Below, in pieces: positions 26,459 through 39,600 of a stretch of DNA of 64,000 nt. The translations under genes and the position numbers were made by a program. Source of the stretch: Vicugna vicugna (taxonomy: Eukaryota); NCBI GenBank assembly GCA_013265495.1, contig MU058059.1:2269502-2333501 (forward strand), read 5' to 3'. How positions within the stretch are numbered: the first letter of the stretch is position 1; the number at the start of each line of letters is the position of its first letter. The notes beneath the pieces were generated by a model that saw only the letters and a list, made by a program, of their open reading frames with translations, was not told where the DNA came from and searched no databases.

Positions 26459-26849
26459 GGACATTCTTAACATTTTATTGTCAGTATATCCTGGGCTGAT
26501 ACATTGCACTCACTCAAGTTAAACAAGGTCATGAGGTGCAGGTGGGTAAAAACCCAAATGTGAAATGCTGGTGCATCAGTTTACAATGAGAATGTGACAT
26601 AATATTCTGTGATGGGCACATGGTACCCAGATCTAAACAGTCTACTGAGATGCCAAGTTAGAAGGCTGTGTGGGCATGATGTCAGCAGAGGGGATGATGT
26701 TGATGGCCAGCTATCACCCAGCTGTTTGGCTAGTGTATCCATCTCTATCGTAGTGACACACTTAGGGGAAGAACCAGACCCGGACATTTTCTGATCAGTG
26801 GCTGTGCCAGTTTTCTAGCAGCGGTCTATTAGATACTTTGTATGCAAAG

Positions 26850-27000
26850 ACAGGCAGTGATATCCTCAGTTTATGGATGAGGAAAAGGAGGCTCAGAGAG
26901 ATTGTACATTGGCCTGAAACTTGCACAGAGAATGAAGGTTGGAATTAGAATTGGAGCTCGTGTTTAATTCTACAGGCTGTGTTTCTCCTCACTGTGCTGC
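26850..27000 (-). mobile_element. MIR
   Basis: atcctcagtttatggatgaggaaaaggaggctcagagag matches the reverse complement of the MIR core. Confidence 0.75.
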
Positions 27001-27327
27001 ATTGTTAAGATTTGGGTGGCCCAGAGGTCTTCAGTGGCACGAATCATCTCCAAGAAACCTCAGCACACAATGGCCTTTCCAGAAGCAGAGCATCTGGGTT
27101 CATTTTGCTGAAGCTTTTTCTAAACCAGGGCAGCTTTACAAAGGACCCCTGGCTGCCACTGGGGGCCACATCTGCTCTACTCAGGCATGTATAAAATTCT
27201 AGCCATCAGTCATGCCTGGAGTCTGGATGAAGTAAATGTTACGGGTGGTACATGATCTAAGGCAATTTATCTGGATTCAGGGATGGTATTTGGGAAGGAA
27301 TGTTAGAGAAGAAATGACGAAGGGGAG

Positions 27328-27490
27328 TTTTTTTTTAATTGAAGTATGGTTGATGTACAATGTTGTGTTAGTTTTATGGTGTACAGCATAGTGATTCAGT
27401 TATACATACATATATATATATTCCTTTTCATTATAGGTCATTACAAAGTATTGAATATGGTTCCTTATATGTGGGATCTAAAAGAAAAGA
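27328..27490 (-). mobile_element. Short LINE-1 3' end with a small 5' inversion
   Basis: Poly-T plus ttgaagtatggttgatgtacaatg...tattgaatatggttcc (minus), then ttatatgtgggatctaaaagaaaag (L1 sense). Flanks gaaggggagttt and gaaagggaattt. Confidence 0.8.
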
Positions 27491-28409
27491 AGAAAGGGAA
27501 TTTAATGGTTTCTCACCAAAGCTCTGTGTTGTTTACTGTTGGAATTAGCGTGACTGATGCGGACCGTACTTTGAAAAGCTGTGAAAATGTCTAGAAAAAT
27601 TCACGATTGCCTTAGTGCCCTAAATAGTCTTATGCCAGCAATTAGCATGAACAGTCTTTCTTTAATCCATCCGATTTCTGATGCCGCACATCCTAAAGCA
27701 GGAGATAACAGAGAATCCTTGGGATTAGCCCGGGATGCGCCACACTACAGCGTGTCAGCAGCAGTGGGGCTGAGACAGCGGTACTTCTCTCAGAGCAGCA
27801 GTGCCTTCCCTGTCTCCATCCAATCTGGGAAGTCAGAGAACCCAGGCACCTTACTAAGCAGTTGTCTACATCATGAAGGTTTCCACTTTTTGGAGGCAAG
27901 TGGGCTTTTTAGTTGAGTTAATAAGACCTTTTTGTAAAGGCTGCATTGCTGGAAAGCAAACGATCGCTGCTAAATTCACAGGGGTTCAAAGTGTGAATCG
28001 TTCCTGGCTGAAACTTCCTCTGTGTGTGTTCCTGGAACACGCAGTCTCTCTGAGCAGTGGTTTCCAGGTGCGAGCTCTTGCTTGGATTCATCTTGGGTTG
28101 ATGATTCAAGGATTCTGTGTCAGGATCGCTCAGCAACTATCCACATCTTCTCTGGTTTCTTCAGGTCCCCAGATGCCTCCCCTCCCTTGTTGTTGACGTT
28201 CTGCCTCGCCTTCTGTTTAGTAACTTCCCCATTTGGGCGCCTCTCTCCCCTCCACTTCCCTCCACTCAGAATTCCTCCCGTTGGCCCCTGTTGGTTCCTG
28301 CATCTCAGGCCTTATTGAGGCTGAATGGAGAGGGTGAGGGCACTGGAGTTTGACAGACGGTTTCAGATCTAACAGGCTTCACACAGCATCATGGCTGGGA
28401 GACCAGGCA

Positions 28410-29000
28410 CTGCTCACCTGGAACCCCTGATGCTCCCATCCTCTCCAAATGCTCTCCTGCATCTCTCCCCGTCTCGTTCAGTGACAGTACCTTTTGTCTG
28501 GTCCTCAGGCCAATAAACTGGGCCTCATTCTTGCTTCCTGTTTCTCTCACACCCACCTGCAACCTGTTTGCAAATCCTGTGAATTCCACTTTCAGAATAT
28601 TTCTAACCACCTTTCCTACTATCATGCAAGACTTTGTTGGCGAGATTCTTCTCCAGGGTTCGTGTGTTCCTAACCAGGCCTCCTGCTTCCCACATTGCCC
28701 CACCGTGGTCCACTTATCCTTCCAAAGTGTGGGACTCGATCGTGGAACCATCAGTGGCTCCCTGTTTCGCTCTGTGAGATACAGAATCCTGGTCACAGCC
28801 CCCACGTGCTGAGTGATCTGCGCCCCACACTTCTCTGATTTCATCTTCTCCTGCTCCTCCCTTAACCCCCTCTCCCATCCCAGGCCCTGCTGTCCTTCGC
28901 ACAGCCTCACTCCTCGGAGCCTGTCCGCACTGCTTGCCTGTCTAGAATCCACGACCCAGTCTCCCTCCTGGCTGTTCTCAGTTCCTTCAGATCAGATGTT
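28410..29000 (+). mobile_element. L2 fragment
   Basis: ctcaggccaataaactgggcctcattcttgcttcctgtttctctcacacccacctgcaacctgtttgcaaatcctgtgaattccactttcagaatat matches the L2 body. Confidence 0.75.
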
Positions 29001-30199
29001 ACCCCAGATGAAAATCCCTCCCATTTTTTAGTTGCTTCTCTCCTCCACGAGGGTGTTCTCAATAAAGAACAGGATTTTTCCCCATTTTGTCCACTGCTAC
29101 CTCCATCCCCTGTGCCCCCCCTCTCCTGTCTCCCCTCTCCAGTTTGAGAAATACAGACCTATAAGGTCCAAACTCCTCACCGTGGCATTCGGTCTTCTTT
29201 GCAACACCCAGGTCCCCATTTAATTTGATCAGTTATAGCGAGAGCCCCGGCTGCACCTGAGCGTTTACCCGACTCCAGGTTTGCTTTGGCTGAGTCTTGG
29301 TTCCCATGACTGTGAAGGTCTCTTCTCATTATTTTTGCGTGTCCGAGTCCTTATCTTTAATGCCCAGCTCGATGGCCACCCACAGAAAAATGTGTTGGGC
29401 TCCTCCCGGTGAAAATGCACCCCTCTCTCCCCTGAAGTGTGCTACCACTTGTGTCGCATCCATCCCGTCCATCACATTCGGCCTTGTGGAACTTCTTAGC
29501 ACTGTTCTCCATATTATCCTTGGAAACTTCTTGATGATGGATTTATTTTCATTTCATGTTTGAGTCTTGTATCCTGGCTTGGCACCTTGTGTGCTGTGTT
29601 GACCCAACTTCCTGATAGAAACAACTCTGAGTTCATATTTCAGATGATCTCTATTAGTGTGAAAACTGGATAAATTATTTACTTGAACAAGAAATGACAT
29701 GTGTATAATAAATTAGAAAGTCTTATTTTCCTATTAAATATCTTAGGATCATAAACAATGAGTTATTAATGTACCACACCAGCATCTATTTTATTTCATT
29801 TTTTTGTGTTCAAAATATAAAAACCAAACTAAGCTGTCTTTTATTGGTCCTAATCGGGTATTTTTAGGATTTCAGGGAAAGTGAGTATTTTTTCTTACAA
29901 AGAAACCACTAGTTTAAAAAACAAAACTTTTAAAATTCGCATGGTGCCCTCTAAAATGTTGGCATCCATCTATTTGGAATATATGTTCCAAATGCATTTG
30001 AAATGAATAATCCATGTATGTTAGAGTTTTAAATATTTTTATAAAAGTATAAGAAGTAGAGAACATGGACTTCTATTCATTGTTAAATCAACATTTATTT
30101 TATATTCCTGGATTTGAAGTTTTTCTGATTTGAATGGCTAAGGCAGTTTTATAATGCTGGGTCCAAATCTCAATTTCTTCTTAGCTTTCCTCGCACCAG

Positions 30200-30312
30200 A
30201 TAGAGGTACCTCATGATTTAATGCTCTAATATTTTGCACAGAGTGCTTATTAGCACAGCACTGTCTGCTTAACAGGTAGTGAGTGCTCTGTGAATGTTAG
30301 CTCTTATTATTC
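30200..30312 (+). mobile_element. MIR 3' end
   Basis: gtacctcatgatttaatg...agtgcttattagcacag...gtgagtgctctgtgaatgttagctcttattatt. Confidence 0.65.
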
Positions 30313-33300
30313 ATTAAGAAGTGACCTTCCCTTTTCAGACTCTTTCTTGGCTGAGCATTCATCACATATAGCCTTATGTTATATGTATTTTTATATGTCT
30401 CTTCTAGCTAAATCTAATATTGTAGAGAATTTTGTACATTGTAAAGGATTAATACGTAATTTATCCACTAAATAAATAATGACCTTGTGAACATTCTTTT
30501 AAAATGTAAGTAGCTTTGATTATTTGATGTTTCGTGACACTGAGCCCAAACATGGTGGGAACGCCTGAGTGCAGGCAAGTTAATTCCTTAATGATCCCAG
30601 AAAAGCCACTGGAGACGGAAGGAGCCCCTGGGGACTAACCAGGAGTCACCTCTGCCTGTCTGTGGCCTCCTCACTGCGACAGTTCTGCTAAATTACCAGG
30701 GGATGCGTTACAGTGTTAAAAGACCTCCGAGGCGCCATCAGACTCGCAGGATGCTCACTTCAACTGGATTTGAGAGCGTTACCCACTTGGTTAAGATCAG
30801 TTGCTCAGTTTATTTCTGGGGAACGACTCATTTGGATTCCATTTGTTTGGGAAAGGTAGGAGCGGAAACCGTGCAGCAGACAGTGGCTTCTGTTTTCAGA
30901 CTGTGTGGTCACGCAGGGGGAAGGGGACCTTTCTAAAAGCTTGTACTTGGGTGCCTCACATTTAAGATAAGAACAGTTGATTTTTCAGAGCTGAGATCTG
31001 GCCTGTAACCTGTTCTTTTTTGTGTACTCATTAACCATTGCAGGACTTGGAATTCAGTTAGGCATTCACAGCCTCCTTGGGGACTGGCTGGAGGACAGAC
31101 TAGAGGAGACAGTGTCGCAGGTAGTGTTCCAGGCTGGCTCTCCTGTTGGAGATGGTTCCATATGAGGACTCATTTGGCCCTCCCAAGGCTCTCTGTTTTG
31201 CCTGAAGGGTAAAATATTTTCAGATCAAAAATGGGACTGATCATTACATTACATTAATTGTATTACACCATTTACTTTCAAGTAAGACCAGTCTTATCTG
31301 TCATGATGTTATTAATTTTATTCATTCTCTTAATGATTCAAACATACAGCGTCTCTCAGAATTGTAAGTCAGTCTTCTGGGCAGTGGTGGGGTTAACACA
31401 TACACAAGATGCCTGTATCTTCTGAGTGGCTTACAGCCCAGCAGAAGACAGGATCTACCCGGATCACTGTCAGTACAGGATGGGAGGCTGGTTACCTGTT
31501 GAGATACTTTGTGGGGAGAGGGAGGAGTTTTATGTACAGCTGAAGAAATCTGAAGGCCTTCAGAGAAGAAGTTGCATTTTGAACAAGGCTTTGAAGGAAA
31601 CTTTGGATCTCAAGAAGTGAATTAGATGGGAGATTCAGAGTGTGGACATGATAGTAAGAGAATGCATTAGGCATGGTCGTTAGTAATTGTATGGTCTGAA
31701 AAGCGTCAAACTTTTCAGAATTAAAAAAATAAGTCAATTATTCATACATGTGTATGTATCCGAGTATAATGATGTATTTTGTCCAGTTTAAGATAAATTT
31801 GATTTTTCCCTCTTTTGGTGCAGGACATATTTCAGAATAAAGTGTTGTGTTGGTCGGGTTTTTTTTTTTTTTTCTTTTTGGTTCTTTTGTGGTTTGGTTT
31901 CTTTTAAGTATTCAGATTCTTCATAATCAAAGTTCAGAATCAAAGAAAAGGAAATGTCACATGTTGTATGTCCTTTGAAGTTGTGTTGGGCAGCGTCCCT
32001 GGTAGAGGTAAGGGAGTCACCGTTTCCTCCACGATGAGGACACGCCATGTCTTTCTCACTGGCAGTGTTGCCACCTCGTTCATTTGCTCATTCATTAAAA
32101 AAAATCTTTATTAGGCACCTACTGTGTGCTCTAGGCACTGTCAAGTGTCTTTAACCTGTGCATGCGTGCCTTATGTTTTATATTCTCTTCCTTTCTCCTA
32201 CTCCATTAACATTTCTTTGGGGAACGTGGTAGGTTCTTAAAAATCATCAAATGAGTGCATATTAAAAAATCTCAGAAGGGAATTGGGGCACTGATGAGCA
32301 AGACGGGCTTGTTGAAAATGCCATCACTGCTTTGGACTAGAGGACAAATATTAAGCGCTGTGTTTCACAAAGGCTCATTAGAACAGAATGGATTGACCTC
32401 TTTTGAAAGTTTCTGGATGCTTTATGTTACTTTAAGAGAGAATCCCACAGATGCATCAGCTCAGTGTTCAAAAACTTTATTTTGTGTTTTTACTAACCTT
32501 ACCGCCTACTGGGGTTTTGATAATAATTTAACCTTGAAGGACTTCCCTTGGCTTTTGCCAGAAAAGCAGATATTTTAAGTTCTTTCTACATTTAGTAACG
32601 CTAAACTTTCTTGAGCCTGATTCTGCTCTTCCCTGATTTGAAGGTGAGCCAAAGACCATTCAGTCTACCAAACAGAAAACCAAAGGTTGGTTCGTTAAAC
32701 CTTGAGGGTATATGTCGCCTCTACCCTGCTCTGTGCGCCGGGTCAGTCCTGTTTCCTGGAGAGACCGAGCCAAGCCAGATTAGAGAAGGAGGCCCAAAAT
32801 AAAATGTCTGATAAAGAGCATTGTGTGTATAAGAGGAAACTCTTTGGGAAGACAGAAATTGAAGGTTACCAGTTTGACTTTATGTGATTAATCTAGTTGG
32901 TTTCATTTTAAAGTTTATGCTTCTTAATGTTTTCATCTAGGTCTCAGGTTTTTGGAAATGGGGAAGGGCAGTGTATGAGTACAATTACAGTTTCAAATTC
33001 TGTTATAAAGAGAACCATCCATGTTCTTGCCTGCCCTATGTTGTATACACTTCTCAGTGGCTTTTCATTGCCTAAACATTGGTCTAATGACATGTGCTTG
33101 CAGGCGTCCACCTTTGTGTCTTTTAATGACTTGAAGTTCATTTTCATTGGTTGAGAATGTGATGTAGACTGTCTTCTGAGGCAAAGTCATGAAGGACTAC
33201 ATGACTGTATTAACTTATTTAAGTTAGTATTACAGGCTTAAGGCATTTGCTATTTGAGTATTATTTTGTTGGTTCCTATGTTAATTTTAGATTTATTAAC

Positions 33301-34419
33301 AGATATGCTTGAGTCTGACAATTACTCATTTTTTTTCTCAATTCAGCAATTATTTATAGAGTCCAAAATGCAGATACCTTTCTTAGGGTCTTTTAGAAAG
33401 TGATTTTCTGTGGATTTAATCACTTGGTGCAAGAGATAGTTCATTAATAACACTTCTAAATTTAATTAAATATTACTAACTATTGAATTACTTCATAGGC
33501 AGTCATCTTTACAAACTCTTTTCTCACAGTGGAAAAGTTGACCTTAAGTAAACCTAAGCATACTTGTTTCTCTAAAGCTGTGATATTTTTACCTTGTAAG
33601 ATTTTTGTTTTCTAGGTGATGCATTTAAACTAGGTATCTGATTTCCACTTTTAAAGCTTTTTTTTTTTCTGATTTGATTGGCTTGTACTGTTCTAAATGC
33701 CTTTACTTCTTATGGTTGTTGAGCTAGCAGATACTGTCTTTATGTTGTGAGACATGCAGTTTCTGGCTGTTCCCATTGACTGATTCCCTTTGAGCGAATC
33801 AAGTGTCTTTAGATTTCTTGTCCAGGTAGAATTGCTTGAACACTTAGCCAGAGAGTGTTCCGCTCCATTAAAAGTGGATTAGTAATGTAGGAAACAGCCT
33901 TGTTATCATGCTTTATTTTACTTGTACGTGGATATAAGTTCCTAAATCATTCAAAAGAAGTGAATGGTGAAGGCTTTTCCACATAATTTATTGGGTGGGA
34001 ATAGTCGGGGTAGAGGTGGTCTACAGTTAAAGGTGAGTGGTGGAATGAGAGAATAGTTGGTAGTGATGGATACTGACCCAAGGAAGGAAAATGATACTTA
34101 AAATAAGTTTCCTTATCTTCAAAGGTCAAACGTGTTATATACCTTATACTTTATCATATTAGCATTTGGAGTCTCTTTTCTGCACTGGAACAGATAAGAA
34201 AGTTTAAAACACAAAACTTGCTGCAGAAAGCAGCTTTTCCCAAGTGTCCAATTGAAGGAATTAGTTAATTACAGATATCTATACCATTCCAAATTATCTG
34301 ATAGTTTCATAATTTGAAACAAATGATTATATAGAAGGCATCTTAGAGATTATTTTATTGGGAGCAATTTTGTGATAACGAGGAAAACTGAGATCCAAGG
34401 AAGTTTACTTTTCACAGGT

Positions 34420-34960
34420 GGATATTTTCCTTTGCAAGCGACAGAATCTCCAGTTGAAACTAGTGTGAGCAAATTTTTTGAAAAAGGTGTTGATGAACGA
34501 GGCTGGGTAGTCTAGGAGTAGATTTGGAGCTCAACAGTATTTCCAGGGCTCGCTGCTGCCTCTCTTGGTACAGCTGTCCCATCAGTGTTCCTACCAGACT
34601 CTCCTGCGATGACACAGGGAAATTCCAGGGTGATAATTAATTGTGCATCTTCTTGGTGTTTCCTACACCAGGCTTCTGAGATGAGCTTAACTTCTAGTAG
34701 GAGTGGTGGTTTTGAGCCTGTTCCAGATTAGCCGTCCCAATAAGAGAGGAGAGCAGCTTTCTCCTCTATTATAGGTGTGTTTAAATTACCTGGAAATAAC
34801 CGGATTTTCTTCCGTTGGGTCTTCTGCAGATCTCCTAGACAACACTGTGGCTAGGGGGATGTGTGTCATAATTTTAGGTTGTGTCCCCATTCCTGAGGAT
34901 GTGAGGGGGCAGGACACATGATGCCAGCGGGACTCGAGCCACCTGGACAGGAAGAAGCAG
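34420..34960 (-). mobile_element. Probable old MaLR LTR (MLT1J/K-like), degenerate
   Basis: ttgcaagcgacagaatctccagttgaaactagtgtgagcaaa resembles the MLT1J/K terminus; the rest is weak. Confidence 0.4.
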
Positions 34961-35559
34961 GTCTCTGATAAAGGAAGCAAACCCCCAGCTGAGTGATACC
35001 CTTGCTGGTGGAGTCTAGCCTTCCGACTTTAAGCCAGTGTCACTTCCATCAAAGCCGTGATACACTGTAGAAGGGGTGGCTACAGCAGGAGGGTGCCCAG
35101 CTCTGCATGGAGAAGAACATTGTCTAGTTCTCACTTGGGGCACCCAGAGTTTGAGTTCCAGATCCTTGACTTGAAGCCAGTAAAAGCTTGCAGTTAACAG
35201 TCTTTTGGAGGTTAGGGCTTTCATAAAACAAATTCAGTGTCAGTGATGTGATAAGCATAGACCAGAATAAAGAGTGAATCTGCTAAAAAAAAAAGTTAAA
35301 AGTGTTTGTTTTTTTTTTAATGAGCGTGTAAATAACTCCCGAGAGCACGTAAACTGTGATCTTTTCAACAGGCAGGTTGTTGCCCCGGGAGAGCAAGCCT
35401 TTCCCTCCCAGAGCCCACCTGGCCCCGGCCAGCCTGGGGGCTGCTGGTCCCCGCCCTTTCACGGGACACATCCTCACGGCCCCCTCCCATCCACGCCGTG
35501 CGGCTCCATAGACTTTCTGTTATCTTCACAACCACCTTCCCTTTCGGTAGATGTTCCCA

Positions 35560-35680
35560 TTTCTCTTACCAGATGTTAAGTTCCCCAGACACAGGGCCAT
35601 CCTGAGTTTTTCTCTCGTCCTCATTTCTCCAAGGATAGTGCTGAGTGTGAAGTAGGAGTTTCATAAATATTTATCGTGTT
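35560..35680 (+). mobile_element. L2 3' terminus
   Basis: ccagatgttaagttccccagacacagggcc...gatagtgctgagtgtgaagtaggagtttcataaatattt. Confidence 0.55.
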
Positions 35681-36419
35681 TCTTACTGATTTGCTATCAG
35701 AGGCATCTTTTATAGCCAAGGGCATGTGGTAGGCTTGCTTATATTTAACTGGTTCTTCAATTCCTTAGTCATATAGAAGTTCCTATGTTATTAACCCATA
35801 GGGAAGTACGGATGCCTAAGGAGAGAGGTTACACAAAGTGTAATTCATAAATAGGTTACTCAACCAGTAGCCTTAGTGTCTTTTTATGTTAAATACTGAA
35901 GGAGTGTGTGTTTATATATGTGTGCGTATTTAAATTTACATTTGATTTTTCCTAATTGTTCTTGGTAGTTGTCATACCTGTGATCAGAAATATTCCATAG
36001 TGTCAGGAAGGAGAGGAAGAGACAAGAGCAGGCTTAGTTAATCCCAAAACTGCATAACTTATCAAGATAGGATTGCTGTCACATAACAAGAGGATGTTTA
36101 CGCTCCCCTGCTCAAGAGGTACATACTTTTCAAATAGTCATAACAAATGCATGTACTTCCATCACACCCCGTGGAAAACCAGAGGGATGGTGTGAATCCT
36201 GAGAAGAGGATAATTACGCAAGTCTGTATTTGTGTATCAGGTGGGTAACTATAATCACTCAATTTTCCTACAGGATTTCATATGATACTGAGAACATAGT
36301 GGTTAATCAAAGATAGTTTTAAAATGGAAAACTGTATATTTATATATTTTAATTAGACATTAATTTGCTAGGATCAGAGAACACGCAGGGCAGTGAAAAA
36401 AAATAGGTGAAACTTTTAC

Positions 36420-36607
36420 AGAATTTTTACTCTGGGTCACAGACTGTGTTCTGTGCTCTTTCTAGTGAATCTCCCCTCCCATTCATAGGACGAGTATTAT
36501 TTGCAATAATAATACTATTATTTGCAATATGATTATTACTGCAAATAATACTCCACATTACAAATGAGGAAAATGAGGCTTTGGGAGATCAGTAAATGAG
36601 ATAAGGT
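36420..36607 (-). mobile_element. MIR containing an inserted palindrome
   Basis: ctccacattacaaatgaggaaaatgaggctttgggag is the reverse complement of the MIR core; the left flank is degenerate MIR. Confidence 0.65.
36492..36553. repeat. 62-bp inverted repeat (22-bp arms, 21/22 paired)
   Basis: Left arm gagtattatttgcaataataat (36492-36513). Right arm attattactgcaaataatactc (36532-36553), whose reverse complement is gagtattatttgcagtaataat. Confidence 0.95.
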
Positions 36608-39600
36608 GGACCCAGGCCCGACCCCGGGCTGTTGGGGTCCCGCGAGGGATGTAGAGCACGTGTCTGGGCCCACTGAAGAAATAAGGTGCGTACGGAGGAC
36701 AGGAATATAAGTTTCCAACCACCTGTTCTTCTGCCTGCATCCGGACACTGTACCAAGTATCTTAGGATCATTCACTCATGGTTTTGTGAGGAAAAGAAAA
36801 TTAATCATTTGTTTCTGAGAAAGATTGCCTCAAAGTGAAGAGTGCCCTTAAATTGTATCGACTTTTACGGAAGTGTTTTAGGCCAGAAGAGTTTCTGTAC
36901 CACGCTGTACCCTGGGAGGAATGGAACATACATTAACCTCCTTCCAGAGAACTATTTGTTCTCTTTTAGAGACGAGATCTGCTCTTAAAAGTTGGGCCCA
37001 CTTCACATCTAATTATTCTACTGTCGTTACAATTTCCTACCCTAATCCTAAACCCCATGGAGGTTTTATTACATTGGTTGGTGGCATTAGGCTGTCAACA
37101 GCTGGAGGAGACAGAAGTTAGAAAATGGACTTTTCGAGGTCAGGGAGCTAAGCAACCAGAAAAACCAATTTGTCAACTTAAATCATCTTGGGAATGGAAA
37201 AAATTATTCCGCAGGGTGGGAGATAAAAGGCTCCCTGCTGTGTTTTTTCTCTTTGTTTGTTTGTTTTTTTCCTTTTTCTTTTTCCTGTTGGTATTTCTTT
37301 CCTCAAGACCTCATGTCTGCATAACAGAAGGTTTAAGCATTGACTTTATTTGTGAGAAGCTGTGATTGCCTGGCCACTGGGTGTGCTTCTCTGAACATTT
37401 ATCATGAAAACTGGGCTATTTTTATCCTTCTGGCTTAATCACCAGCAGCCACATCAGCCTGCAAACATTTGAAAGGTAAAGAGGCCTGAGACCTCAGCCA
37501 ACACCTCTCTTTCCTAATTTTATTCTTTTTAAAAAGACTTTCATCTTTGCATTATTTATCTTTTAATAGTGAGATAGTGATAATTTTTCCATATTTGGGG
37601 TGAGAGCGCGTATAGGGGAGTGAATTTCACCTACTGGCTTTAGAAAAATTCTTCTTTCACAATATTTAGGAATATCTTTGGTATATAACACTTTATAAAA
37701 TTTAAATACCATTTTCTCTTAAAATAGATATTCTTTGTGCTTTGTTACATGAGCAAACACATAGATTCCTTTATGAACCCGTGAGACGGGGGTGTTCACA
37801 ACAGCAAAAATGCGTGTTCCCCTGTGACACTCCCTTTGAATTACTTGTGCTTTGTTTTTCCTGAGTGTCAGTCTTTATAAAATAAAAATTCATATACTAC
37901 CATGGCATAAAATAAAAGCCATTATTGGGAAACCTCTGTTTCTTAACAAGGCTCCAAGCTAGGTTTCTTTATTTTTAGTGCAAATCCATGTTTTTCGGGT
38001 TATTTCAATGGACTGTGAAATCCAAATTACCATTTCTTTACATAGTAAGGCAAATATGCAATTTAAAATAATCTGGGCTTTTTTTTTTTCAGCTGCCTGA
38101 AGAAGTTGTTAATTTTACTCACCTTATCTCTTTCTTTCTTATGTGGCATTTGTTCATATAAGTACAATTCATGAATGGATAATTAATGACTAATTTCAAA
38201 ATATCATTCTATCATTAAAACAATTTAATACTGACGAAATCAAATTTCAAAAAAAGGTTAAAAGGCAAGAAAACTTGTAATAAACAGGCAGCACATATTT
38301 AAATGGAATAATTCTGTAGGAATTTTTTCCTTTTCTTTTTTTAATTTCCTATTGCATTTTTTGTATGTGAAAATGCATAGAAGTTACCTTTTTTTAAAAA
38401 AATTTTGTTGAAATGTAGTTGAGAGAAACTTCCTATACACTAGTGTTACTTATTATAAGAAGAATGTTTTTCTCTTAAAAGTTGCATATTAATTGAAAGG
38501 CCATAAAGAGAATATTTTGTAATACTCTGGGAGTTTCCCCTTACTTAAGATACTCTGACATGAATTCGTTTGCAAAATGAGGAATAAGTTTTAAAAATAA
38601 ACACCCTGTTAACTGTATAAATTTAGATCCTTATCCTTTCTTAGAGTGAAGAACACTTGCATTTATTTTCTTTTCAAATCAGAAAAATATTTACTATGGA
38701 AACATTAACTAACCCAAATGACCAACTAATGATCTCCCTGACTTCTGTAAAACCTGCTAATTAACATCCACCGCATGCTCAGCACAGTAGGATGGTCTGT
38801 CCAGAAGAGTCACTTGTCTCTATTCTCAATCCTGTTTACACTGGTTGGATTTGTGATGTAATTAATGTACAAAATTACCCTATCGAGATAATTGATGAGA
38901 GTGGGTAGGGGCTAGAAAGACAGTTGTCCTGTGAAAACTTAGTCGAATCCTTTGGAAAGAATAAAGTGAGCTTCTTTAGGAGAAAGAAAAAATAGTTATT
39001 GCACTAAGGGAAGCAAGCCAGCCGAAAAAAAAAAATTAGAAAAGAGGCAGCAGAAACCTCAACTGGAAATCTGAGAAAAAGCATAAATGGTTGAGGTTTA
39101 TGCAAAACAGATGTGTGGGAATTCTGATCAGCAGCCCTGTAATCCCGGAAAAGGCTTCGGCCTACCTAGAGGATTAGGGGATGCTATGCACGCCTGTCAT
39201 TTAAGTTCAAAATCAATTGTTTAATTTATTTGTTATTTTTAAATTCTTACTTTGAAACTCCTCTCCAGTTAACTAGAAAAGTAAGCATTCCTGAAAGTTG
39301 TACCGGAGGACTTCTCCTCTGGTGGTGATTATTCAATGTGTGTTTGCTTCCGAGACTCCGTTTCAGTTAATATGTCTACATACAACTTTTGTCAGCTTTT
39401 CCAGACAGTTATGCCCCTTCTTCTTATTGTGTTAGTTAAATAGAAAAGGAATTTATTTCTCCCTCAAACTCTTCCAAACATTGTATGATTTAACTTTGGA
39501 ATAGTTTTGTTAGAAATGTTATGTTTTTCAGTGAAACCCAGCGCAAGTCTTTAATTAAATATTAAATACTTCATCGGAATAAAAGCCAGTTTTAATCGAA

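Noticed and set aside
28389..28952. 187-aa minus-strand ORF
   Set aside because: It lies antisense within an L2 fragment.
38381..38433. Ultra-short L1-like stub (poly-T plus ttgttgaaatgtagttga) with weak flanking duplication
   Set aside because: Too short and low-complexity to call confidently.
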